25,477 nucleotides of DNA, taken from the NCBI GenBank assembly GCA_030141605.1, contig JAQGDQ010001790.1, positions 1 through 25,477 of the forward strand. Reading direction: 5' to 3'. The notes under the pieces were generated by a model. The model was not told where the DNA came from. It saw only the letters and a list, made by a program, of their open reading frames with translations, and did not search any database. The DNA is from Tubiluchus corallicola (Eukaryota > Animalia > Priapulida). This document shows, piece after piece, positions 13,952-25,477 of the stretch. The stretch's first letter is position 1; the number at the start of each line of letters is the position of its first letter. The position numbers and the translations under genes are program-made.

Positions 13952-14016
13952 CTGTAATAACAACAACAGTTAAGTTTGTTTTCTTTATTAGACAACAAAT
14001 AAACAATAACTTCAAT

Positions 14017-14442
<426 letters not shown>

Positions 14443-15207
14443 ATCAATTATAATGCTATTTTAATATAGCTCTATGTAAATTAAACATACACTGTGGTCG
14501 TTTCTTCTCCTCTTTTCCTTCTTCCTCTCCCTAATCTTACTATTTTTTCCATTCCATCATGTCTACTAACCCTAACCATTCTTTCATTCACTCATTTGTA
14601 CCACCTTAACAAGCCAAGCTTTCAAGGTGTCATACAGCAACTCTTTTATTTGGTTAATTTGACTTCATCAACGTTTTTTTTACCTATACTGTTTCTTTTT
14701 GTTTCAATAATATTGTATGTTGATGTATTGTATGTATGTTGATGTATTGTATATGTATTGTTGGAGTGAAATAAATTGATTGATTGATCTTTTTTTATGA
14801 AGCTTCCTGTTACACAAAGCTGGTTTTCTTGTTCTGGTTTCAATTTTAGAAAATTAGTATTTCCTATTTAATAAAGAATAGCAAGAATAATAAACACTCA
14901 TAAGAAAGAAGACGCGTTTTATATATATATATATAAACGAAATTCAAAGGAGAAAAACATAGTAGTTATTATTATTAGTATCTGTTTATCCACATTTTCT
15001 GCAGGGACACTGCAATGTGGCGCCATCTCGCGGCAGTTCGTTAAACATTTTCGTTGCAACATTTCAGAAAATTTAAATTCTGGTTCCTAGACTCGTTGTA
15101 TAGTGAGGAAGGAATTTAAAATTACCCATACAATTGAAATAACATAACTCTCACCCTAATCCAATGTCCCAACCCTAGACTTAACACTAACCCAACCCTA
15201 ACCCTAA

Positions 15208-15729
15208 TTGTATGTTTACAGGACTAAGAAATGTACATACATTAAAACACTTGTACACCTAACACATGTACTAACTGTTTACTGTTATCTATAAGACAAT
15301 CATACCTTGTATGTTAACAGGACTAAGAAATGTACATACATTAAAACACTTGTACACCTATCACATGTACTAGCTGCTTACTGTTATCTATAAGATAATC
15401 ATACCTTGTATGTTTACAGGACTAAGAAATGTACATACATTAAAACACTTGTACACCTATCACATGTACTAACTGTTTACTGTTATCTATAAGACAATCA
15501 TACCTTGTATGTTTACAGGACTAAGAAATGTACATACATTAAAACACTTGTACACCTAACACATGTACTAACTGTTTACTGTTATCTATAAGACAATCAT
15601 ACCTTGTATGTTAACAGGACTAAGAAATGTACATACATTAAAACACTTGTACACCTATCACATGTACTAGCTGTTTACTGTTATCTATAAGACAATCATA
15701 CCTTGTATGTTCACAGGACTAAGAAATGT
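15208..15729. repeat. Tandem array, 99 bp x~5.3, spanning the PRDM13 exon-2 splice donor
   Basis: ggactaagaaatgt at 15221, 15320, 15419, 15518, 15617 and 15716. Confidence 0.97.
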
Positions 15730-15960
15730 TATTCCCAATTTCACAGCCACTTCTTCGCTGTACCAGACTAGAAGCTCCTCTTTTCTCTGGATGGTTTTTA
15801 TTGCTTTGAGCAACACGCCTCCTTTCCCGTCCTCTGCCAACTCGACGTTCTGTTCATGACGATCTCTTGCTGTCCGCAATTCTCTGAGCCAACCGGAAGC
15901 GGAAATCGTGGTTGAAGTGGTTCCATTTGAGGCTTCAAGGAGACCATTAACACATTTCAC
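15702..15960 (-). CDS. PRDM13: PRDM13 internal exon, C-terminal half of the PR/SET domain
   Basis: Acceptor catttctttacag|GTG (phase 0) and donor CAAG|gtatga (phase 1), which matches the next exon's phase. Encodes WLRELRTARDRHEQNVE...KAIKTIQRKEELLVWYS, the typical PR-domain W..AR..EQN / EELLVWY motifs. With the last exon it gives 452 aa plus stop. Confidence 0.92.
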
Positions 15961-16087
15961 CTGTAAAGAAATGTGAAGTCAAACTTTTCTTCATTGCATT
16001 TGCAAAATGTTCTAATAAAATAAGAAAGGTAAGATGCAATTTATTCTAACTGAAAGGCGTATGTTACTAGCACACATACGATAAATT

Positions 16088-16118
<31 letters not shown>

Positions 16119-16372
16119 TTCCGACCCCTCAAACTATGAAATTTCAACTAAAATATAGTTATCTTTTATCACAAATCATATAAAAATTGAAGTTTCATAG
16201 AAAAAGTTGTTTGAATGCGTAGCGACGCAGGCAGTTTATGTAAGAGGCTGTTTGCCTCCGCCTCTCTTGTTGCGGAGAAACTTTTTAACAAGAGCAACAC
16301 GGGGGCAGGTGGACTATCCAGGGAGGGTTAATCTACAGGCTTATCCCGCCTAGTCATTCAATCGCCACGTCC

Positions 16373-17025
16373 TGTGCGTTAAGGTAAACACTTCTATTAC
16401 ACCTGCTACTACGTGAACAGGCGCGCATGATTGAACTATGTGCGTTAAGGTAAACACGTCTATTACACCTGCTAGCTGTCAGCGTTACCACACTGGTAGC
16501 CTGAGAGCCATACTACGTGAACAGAAACGCATGATTGAACTATGTGCGTTAAGGTAAACACGTCTATTACACCTGCTAGCTGTCAGCGTTGCCATACTGG
16601 TAGCCTGAGAGCGATACTACGTGAACAGGCGCGCATGATTGAACTATGTGCGTTAAGGTAAACACGTCTATTACACCTGCTAACTGTCAGCGTTGCCACA
16701 CTGGTAGCCTGACTGTTAGAGAGCGATACTACGTGAACAGGCGCGCATGACTGAACTATGTGCGTTAAGGTAAACACTTCTATTACACCTGCTAACTGTC
16801 AGCGTTGCCACACTGGTAGTCTGAAAGCCATACTACGTGAACAGGCGCGCATGATTGAACTATGTGCGTTAAGGTAAACACTTCTATTACACCTGCTACT
16901 ACGTGAACAGGCGCGCATGATTGAACTATGTGCGTTAAGGTAAACACTTCTATTACACCTGCTTACCACACTGGTAGCCTGAGAGCGATACTACGTGAAC
17001 AGGCGCGCATGATTGAACTATGTGC
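16373..17025. repeat. Tandem array of 7 variable-length units (66, 104, 104, 112, 104, 66, 92 bp)
   Basis: tgtgcgttaaggtaaacac at 16373, 16439, 16543, 16647, 16759, 16863 and 16929; tgtgc recurs at 17021 as the boundary microhomology. Confidence 0.96.
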
Positions 17026-17042
17026 TTGCTCATCCTGGACAT
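16959..17042 (-). CDS. Candidate first coding exon of PRDM13 (MSRMSKHIVQSCAPVHVVSLSGYQCGKQ)
   Basis: ATG at 17042, 28 open codons, then CAG|gtgtaa in phase 0 as exon 2 requires; exon 2 has no in-frame ATG. The donor is weak and I see no clear PR-domain similarity. Confidence 0.3.
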
Positions 17043-17861
17043 CCAGTCTCCAGCACAGAATAAGGTGAAGTGAATCGTAGTTTGACAATCATAATCTCAA
17101 ACGAAACATTCATTAATATTACATTTTTCCATAAATAATAATACATATTATAGTGACATAGTTTTATACAATTTTTGATATTTTCTTTATCTTTTTATCG
17201 CCTTATAAATCAACTGAAATAAAGGAATTTATTTTGTCTGATCTATATAAGAAATAACGAAATAAATTAAAAATTTGAAAAATCATGAAACCACTCTTAT
17301 GAAGTTCATTTTTAAATTAATTTTTTTTCGTAATGTTAAAAACATAGATACAATTTTGAAATATTAAACGTTATGATTTTTATATTTTGGCTTTTTGATT
17401 TGTAGCGTTAATTTTATAGAAAGCAGAAAAGAAATATTGCTATTCCACGCTACGGATAGAAAATACTTTTTCATGACTGTTACGTAGCTAAAAATGCAAA
17501 GTTTGTAAAGATTTACTCACATTTTCAAAAAGCTTAAACTGTTTAAGATTTTCTTAATACTTAGTGCTACTGAGCAATAACATTGGCAGTGAATTTTAGT
17601 CACAAAAAATTTCAAAAAAAATTATTTCTTCAGCGTCGAATTTATTTCTTTTATTCGATTTAGTGGCGTTTTGCTACGAAGCAGTCTAAACGCAGAAACA
17701 GATGAAAATGGCTTAAATAAATTTTAATATTTCTAACTATGATGTTATTACACGAAAGATAACTGGATGATTTATACATGGAGGCTGGCAGAACTAGCTA
17801 ATAATATAATTGATAATTGAAAATTTACTCTGCATATCAGAATACCGTTATAGGGACGAAC

Positions 17862-17862
<1 letters not shown>

Positions 17863-17922
<60 letters not shown>

Positions 17923-18176
17923 CTTTATTTAAAGTCGGCTTTTTGGGTCAACAATTAACATTAGCTCAAAGAGCTATTATCGCCGACTGTAAATAACAAC
18001 CTACAACTACATAACAGAGACTATTATTACCCCACTTTTACCCTAAATACCACGCGTCAGGCAGGGCAACAGCTGGTACCATTTTTAAAGTCTTTGGTAT
18101 GACCCGGCCGCTGGTTCGAACTCACGACCTTCCAGACGGAAAGCAGACGCGTTATCACTAGACTAAACCGTCTGGT
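17863..18176 (-). mobile_element. tRNA-derived SINE, copy 2 (more complete) with (ATT)n tail
   Basis: Minus strand starts ACCAGACGGTTTAGTCTAGTGA, has a perfect B-box GTTCGAACC (18113-18121), core GGGTCATACCAAAGACTTTAAAAATGGTACCAGCTGTTGCCCTGCCTGACGCG, and a tail at 17863-17922. Confidence 0.9.
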
Positions 18177-18975
18177 TCGACGGTTTGTTTTGTTTTGCAT
18201 TATAAAATCAACATTTTTTGTTATTTCAAAGATGAATTTTATTGGGGTTTTATGCCTCTGTATGTTGTATTTTTAATGATTTGTCTTGTGTTTTTATATT
18301 TTGTCTCTGGGTGCTTATGTGGTTTGTGGTTTGTGTATGTGGGTTAGTGGTTTGAGTTCTTCTTATGTATGTATAAATTTGCTTAATTTGCATTCAAACA
18401 GAAGAGCATGTTATCTGTTATTGTCCACTTACGAATCACCTTCGTGAAGATAACACCGAACTGAACTTCAACGATTTGCATGAATTTTTCAATGGAAACC
18501 CAATGTCATATTGTGAATTTGTAAATAATTCTTTAGCGATTTTTGGACAGTAATGATCACGTTAGGCGATAATAAGTGTGTAGTGAGAATTTGTAAATAA
18601 TTCTTCAGTTATTTTTTGACAGTAATGATCATGTTATATGATCAAAAGTCCTTTTTTGTAGTGATCTATGGACTGAACTAAAGTATCATGTTCGACTATC
18701 TCTTAATCAGTCAATAAACACACACATATATATATATATATCATATATGTAAACCTTTTATTAGTTTCTCTAACGTAATTTTATTATATTGCTGAGAGTT
18801 TGTAATTTTTATATAAAGCTAATGTACTTTTAAATGTATGAAATAAATTTATAATAAATAATAAAATAATGAAGTTAAATCATGTGAGACGGAAGGTAAT
18901 TTCAATAATTTGTTAAAATTCGTGGAAGTTCGGTTGAATAAAAATGTTGAATTAACAATCACATTTATTTTCTGC

Positions 18976-19256
18976 TTAACCCTTTCATTCCCGTTGTATC
19001 CCGTGAGATACAAGAATATTTTCTGCCTTTAAAATTAATAAAATTTTAAAACTGACAGGCATTTGATCTGTTAATAGTTATTTTGATTTAAGCCAATAAC
19101 AATAGACTAAAAATGGTGATAAAATGGCAAAGTAGAAAATCTACATAGCATAAAAAACTGCGCAAGGTACAGTACTTTAGAGACGACTTTGTACAGATCA
19201 GTATAGCATGCATACTAAATGTCTTAAATACTTTAAAAAACTACAAGCAGTTGCAA
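18976..19256 (+). mobile_element. piggyBac-like non-autonomous DNA transposon end, copy 1
   Basis: Begins TTAA|CCCTTTCA and aligns closely for ~280 bp with 24998-25278; similarity starts at the TTAA. Confidence 0.65.
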
Positions 19257-19535
19257 TCAGTCAGACAGTAGCAGATAGATATAAGAACAATTAGAAAGTC
19301 TCTCAGCCGGATTTTTGTAAAAGTTTTGCTTTATTTTAACAATAGACAGATACAGTTGTTGGCTTTCGCTTCGACCGCAAGGCTTTTTGTACCTGCAACG
19401 TTCCAATTAAAAGTTTAAGTTCATCTAGTAAAGGTAGTGCCACCGGAAGTGCATTTTTGTAGTAATTTTACTGGTAGCAGTTTTAACAAGATGTTTGTTT
19501 AAATAGTGCTAAGATTAAGCAGTGCTAGAAATAAG

Positions 19536-19645
<110 letters not shown>

Positions 19646-21506
19646 CATTTTGGTAGAATCGAACTCAGTTAAGAATCATCATGTTTAATTCAAGAAAACA
19701 ACTTGTAATATGAGAGGTTTAACACTGTGGGTATAGCCTGACGCATATTAATATGATCGGTATTTTTACACAATTATTATTTGCATTAATAGTAGAAGTT
19801 TTTGATGGAATTTTCAAGATGGATGATACAAGATACACGCTGTCTGTCTTGTAATATTATTTCCCTAGTTTTCAACGTAGCGACGCAATAGAGAAAGAGA
19901 ATATAATTAAAAAGTATCTGCTTAAAATTTGCTCTCGAAAGCAGTATATTTCGCTTTAAATAAACAAACTAGTACGGAACGCGAAGCATAGGATTACTCT
20001 CTGATTGAGTTTTTCCATTGCATATAGAGCCCAATTTATTATTGGCATGAAACTCGTTTCGTGAACGTGCAATTTAGCGTTGCCATAGAATCCGTTTTAT
20101 CGCAAGCGTTTAGAATATGATGTTACTCTATCGTAACGTCACAACGTAAAACGTGACTAGAACTTTGTTACATGAAGAACAACAACGAGAACGGGTCCGA
20201 CTTTACGGCGAAAGTAATCCGTTTATAAAGTTACATGCAAAGCGAGTAACGCCCAAAATAATGACTTGCAAGTATTTCTTCTGATATTTCGCCTACTTTT
20301 AATCACTTTCAATCATATTTCATGATTTTCATCAATATATAGCTGACAATTTATTTAGTCATAATATAGTCATGTTAGTCATAATTTATTTAGTCATGAT
20401 ATTAATAATTATCAATTTACAAGTTAACAAACTAATAAACTAAATAATTAAATTAATTGACAAATTAGCTAACTAAAGAAGTAACTAACTAAAGAGGTAA
20501 TCTAGAATTACAGAGAGGTACTTTAACACAATTTTGGTTAAACAGGTTTTTTGCATTACGTTTTAAAAATAGTTGCATTTTTAAATTGAAATTTGTAATT
20601 ATTATGTAAAATTTCAAATGAAAGTTCTGTATTTGAAGTTACCACAGATGTAACATTTCTTGATAAACAGCAAAATTGTAAAAAGTTTATCATTGTTTTT
20701 ATACTAAAACAAAGTCAAAACTAACAATGGAAGAAGATCTCAGAAAATTGTATTTTTTTTTGCATTCAGCAAAGCAATCCTGAAAACCGGATTTTTTAAC
20801 ACTTACGCCATCTTAACCATGAACAAACAACTCGTCAAACCAGAGTGCAAATTCCTAAGCAAATTAACTCCGAAATTGTTGAATTTTGTGGACAAAATCT
20901 TTGCACATAACACCAGCCAGAGGTACCACACCAGCCGTAAGAAACGCTGGTGCTGGGTTAGTGGTTTGAGTTCCTCTTTTCTTTCGAACTCCGTTTCTGT
21001 CACATCTAATAGGTGTAACTTCATCTCACTTCAATACCTGAATTACGCAGGCTTTGTTACACCTGACAGCAATGGAGTCATTCAGACTTCTGACTAGTTT
21101 TAACTCAATCAGTTTAGAGGTTTTCAAAAGGGTTGCTACTCGAGTTAAACAGTATCAAGTGTATAATGAAATTTGTGGATTAGGTCAATTGACCTTGCAA
21201 GTTAATCCATTACATCAAATCTACGATATACAGCACTAAGGTGACCCCTCTTGTTGTATATGTTGTTGTTGTTCTTAAATTTCAATTGTCTGAAATAGAT
21301 CCTTTGTTATGTAGTTGAACGTTTTACAATATGTGGTTTTGTGTCTTAACGTGTGAACAGTTTTGGCAAAGATTTTACTATTGTTCACATCTCACAATTT
21401 TTACACACGCCTGTCTCTTCAATGATCTAAAAAACTTATAGAAAAAATTGAAGCTTTTGCCTTTTACCGTTTTTAACTTCAAATTTACTAGGCGTTTTTG
21501 TCGTTA

Positions 21507-21692
<186 letters not shown>

Positions 21693-21762
21693 AATTATAC
21701 AATTCTAAACTACATTTATTTTTAATACTTCAACTCATTATTAATGGTTTAATTCAGTCACA

Positions 21763-22150
21763 ACTTACATTTAATTTAATGAGTTTTTGTCCTATCAAAA
21801 CTCATACTTATGTGGAATGCAATGATATCAGTTTCACGCTTAAGTTTTCCCAGATTTTCCCAGGAGAACATTTTTTTCGTCTTTGTGTGACTGACAAAAA
21901 CATGAACAGTTTTAGCCCTTGTAGGCTTCCGTAGAATACAACCCTATACTTACGACTTGCACTTGAAAGAGGAACGTGATGAGGCTGTTTATACAAAATG
22001 TTCGACAATTTTCTCCCCCCGTACACCGCCTCTCACTTAAATTGTTGATTATAATTAGTGGGTGGATTTAACTCAGCATCAAGCGAAACAGGAAGGTTAC
22101 GGGGGGAGGGGGGATTCGACTCAGTGGGTGTACGGTTTGCATACAAATGC
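21763..22150 (-). promoter_or_regulatory. Candidate PRDM13 promoter and non-coding first exon
   Basis: Unique, GC-richer island between microsatellites. Minus-strand TATAAA (21988-21993) lies about 29 nt upstream of initiator-like TCAAGT (21961-21966), with GTAAGT donors at 21948-21953 and 21763-21768. Confidence 0.3.
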
Positions 22151-22280
22151 GGGTTCGAGTGGTTCGGTAGAAGAACTTTAGAATCATATGATTTAACCTA
22201 TAATATTGCTGTGATAATCGTTGTAATTTTGGAATGTGATATAGTGGATTGGTTGCTTGCTTGGTCATTCAGTAAGTCCT

Positions 22281-22500
22281 TCACTCACTCACACACTCAC
22301 TCACTCACTCACTCACTCACTCACTCACTCACTCACTCACTCACTCACTCACTGACTCACTCACTCACTCACTCATTCACTCACTCACTCACTCACTCAC
22401 TCACTGGCTGACTCACTCACTCACTCACTCACTCACTCACTCACTCACTCACGCACTCACTCACGCACTCACTCACTCACTCACACGCTCACTCACTCAG
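22281..22500. repeat. (CTCA)n microsatellite
   Basis: Directly visible. Confidence 0.97.
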
Positions 22501-22730
22501 TTAGTCACTCAGCTAGTCAGTCGACTCTTACTCAATCACCAATCAGCAAGTGAGAGTTAATTAGTTTAAACAATATGTTTTTTGATAAAAAGATTGATTG
22601 AGAGGTAATTGGTAGTGATTTAATCAGGAATTTGATAATTAATAGATCAATTTCTAGATAGATTGTAAGTACAGCGGTATGGAAATCCGTAAATATGTAG
22701 GTATATCTGGGTACGTTTGTAGGTAGTCAT

Positions 22731-23170
22731 GTAGGTAGATAGGTAGGTAGATAGATACGTAGGTAGATAGGTAGGTAGATAGGTAGGTAGGTAGGTAGGT
22801 AGGTAGGTAGGTAGGTAGGTAGGTAGGTAGATAGTAGGTAGGTAGGTAGGTAGGTAGGTAAGTAAGTAGAGAGATACGTAGGTAAATAGGTAGGTAGGTA
22901 GGTAGGTAGGTAGGTAGGTAGGTAGGTAGGTAGGTAGGTAGACAGGTAGGTAGGTAGGTAGGCAGATAGAGAAGTAGATAGGTAGATAGATAGATAGATA
23001 GGTAGGTAGGTAGGTAGGTAGGTAGTTAGGTAGGTAGGTAGGTAGGTAGGTAGGTAGGTAGGTAGGTAGGTAGGTAGGTAGGTAGGTAGGTAGGTAGGTA
23101 GGTAGGTAGGTAGGTAGGTAGGTAGGTAGGCAGGTAGATAGGTAGACAGGTAAGTAGGTAGGTAGGTAGA
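22731..23170. repeat. (TAGG/TAGA)n microsatellite
   Basis: Directly visible. Confidence 0.97.
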
Positions 23171-23849
23171 TGAATATCAGATAGGTAAACTAGCAGGTAG
23201 ACATAGTTAGTTAAATAAATAACAAGCAAGGGGACAAGCAGGCAATTTATGCAGCAAGCAACCAAGCAACCAGGCTAGTTAACCAAGCAGTGCATCAATT
23301 TAGGCGTCTTTCTTATTTAATTACATTATTATTTTACAAGAATCAGCAACATTTGAAGATAATTTAATTTAAGCGTTCGTGAAAATTTTTAGGTAAAAAC
23401 GGCAGCACTAATTTAAACTCTTTTAAACTCAACTGTTAAACTTTGTCTACGTGAAATCACATGACCAAAATAAAATTAAATTGACACATTATTTTTTACG
23501 TATCAGTAAAGTTAAATTTTGTAAGAACTACAAAACTAAAACTACTCATAAATTAAAACGCTACTTTGATCAACATAAACTTATTCTGATTTTTAAGCTA
23601 GAATGCGTGCTTTATAAAAATTTAAACGTGTGCAATTTGCTACTCAGATTTTTATAATATAGTAATTAATAATATGTTTAGTTAAAACAATTAGTTATAT
23701 AAAATAACACAACTAAAATGTTGTAGGGCTATAATAAATCTCATCACATATAGTTTCAAGTTTCAAGTACGAACTATCAGTTGCGAATGTTTTTATTTTT
23801 AGGCTGATAAGATAGTTGCTGAAACTGAAACATTAAAATAGCTGTAAAT

Positions 23850-24226
23850 TAGGAGTGAGCATCGTTCGCTCGAATTCGATTCGAATGAGTTTTTTTTAGT
23901 TCGAACTCGATTCGAATCCAAAACTATAGATTCGAATAATTCAGCACTTCAATCACATACGTTCCTGATCACTAAAACGATTGAAACATCATGCAATTAT
24001 CATAATTTAGCTGTGATTTCTGTGCACAATCTCATACCAATTACTAGTCGTTTTATTGCAGAACAAAATCTAGTGATATGCATGATCTTTGTAAGACTAA
24101 TTTTTACTGGTGGTTCGAAAACTTGTTCGAAAATCTTTCAATCTCAATTCGAGCTCGGTTCGAATTCGAAACACTGAAGTTCGGTTCGATTCGAATTCGC
24201 ATTCTGGTAGAGAATGCTCACCCCTA
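23850..24226. mobile_element. hAT-type MITE (377 bp)
   Basis: Terminal inverted repeats TAGGAGTGAGCAT / ATGCTCACCCCTA (12 of 13 match), 8-bp target-site duplication ctgtaaat (23842-23849) / ctgcaaat (24227-24234), and clustered subterminal TTCGA motifs at both ends. Confidence 0.88.
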
Positions 24227-24544
24227 CTGCAAATTTTAACGATTATTTAAGTCAGTTATCAAACTTCAGTCTGAGTTGTAAAATTGTAAGTTGTTCAAAC
24301 CTTATTTCATTATATATGGGCGTATTATGTGTATATTGTAATAAATTAATATAAACTTCATCTTACGTTTATTATGTACTTTATTTATATTATCCCTGTA
24401 TATTGTATTATTGTATCTATTGTATCTATGTATGTAAATGAGTATTTCTATTTGTTTTTAGTTTTAGTTTTGTGCAAAATAGTTTATAGTTTTACACCAG
24501 ACGCATTTGTCATTTTTAATTAGTGTTTAATTATTATTAATTAC

Positions 24545-24759
<215 letters not shown>

Positions 24760-24997
24760 AATTACTTTTAACACTGAGGATTGTGAATTTATTGTAATCC
24801 GTTTTATGGCAAATAAAGGATTATTTATAGTTATATACTTCATGCAGCTGAAAAAAGGAGACAGATTCAAGCAAATTTTATATTTTCGTAATACAGCATA
24901 AGCAGAAACTCGGACGTTCATATTTTTACTAATTAACATATTTTATAAATAAAACTTATGAATAATTGTTTTATTTTCCACCTAAGCTGGTGCAGTC

Positions 24998-25278
24998 TTA
25001 ACCCTTTCATACCCGGTGTATCCCGTGGGATACGAGAATATTTTCTGCCTTTATAATTAATAAAATTTTAAAACTGACAGTTATTTGGTCTGTTAATAGT
25101 TATTTTGATTTAAGCCAATAACAATAGACTAAAAATGCTGATAAAATGGCAAACTAGAAAATCTACATTGCATAAAAAACTGCTCAAGGTACAGTACTTT
25201 AGAGACGACTTTGTACAGATCAGCATAGCGTGCATACTAAATGTCTTAAATACTTTAAAAAATTATCAGCATTTGCAA
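24998..25278 (+). mobile_element. piggyBac-like non-autonomous DNA transposon end, copy 2
   Basis: TTAA|CCCTTTCATACCCGGTGTATCCCGTGGGATAC...; dispersed copy of 18976-19256. Confidence 0.65.
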
Positions 25279-25370
25279 AATGAAACTTAATATTAAATCA
25301 TAATTTATAGAGAAATATAGACGGTTTTGAGATTCGGAACAACAATGTGCGAAGTGGAGGTAAAAATTAT

Positions 25371-25477
25371 AAAAAATCACCTAGAAGTTGGTATGTAATG
25401 TATATAATATTATACAATAAAAAATCACCTAGAAGTTGGTGTATAATGTATATAATATTATATAATCAAAAATCACC
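25371..25477. repeat. Tandem repeat, ~48 bp unit, at least 2 copies, cut off by the window end
   Basis: aaaaatcacc recurs near 25372, 25420 and 25468, followed by tagaagttggt in the first two copies. Confidence 0.9.

Noticed and set aside
19970-20260. CpG-richer segment with a GTTGCCATAG RFX-like half site
   Set aside because: Could be an enhancer or a transposon relic, but no ends, second copy or full motif support a call.
20803-21024. 73-aa minus-strand ORF as PRDM13 exon 1
   Set aside because: Its gtaagt donor is phase 2, incompatible with the phase-0 acceptor at 15960, and the 17521-17685 segment has an in-frame TAA.

Overview
AT-rich, microsatellite-dense animal genomic DNA; nothing here is prokaryotic. 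The one well-supported gene is a minus-strand PRDM13 orthologue (PR/SET domain plus zinc fingers). Two coding exons join in frame (15702-15960 and 12852-13951); the first coding exon is uncertain, and the best candidate is 16959-17042. The rest is simple repeats, about a dozen 27-177 bp tandem duplications, two copies of a tRNA-derived SINE, a decayed CR1/L2-type LINE, a hAT-type MITE and two piggyBac-like ends. The most unusual structure is that ~100-bp tandem arrays start inside the 3' end of each PRDM13 coding exon and run downstream. They copy the stop codon/AATAAA four times, the exon-2 splice donor five times, and the candidate exon-1 donor seven times. The exon-2 array reads as alternating 82-nt GT..AG mini-introns and 17-nt micro-exons, and it ends at TTAGGG repeats. 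Frequent tandem duplication filtered by selection may explain all of this, so a new biological system is not established. All family assignments are from recalled motifs, not database searches.
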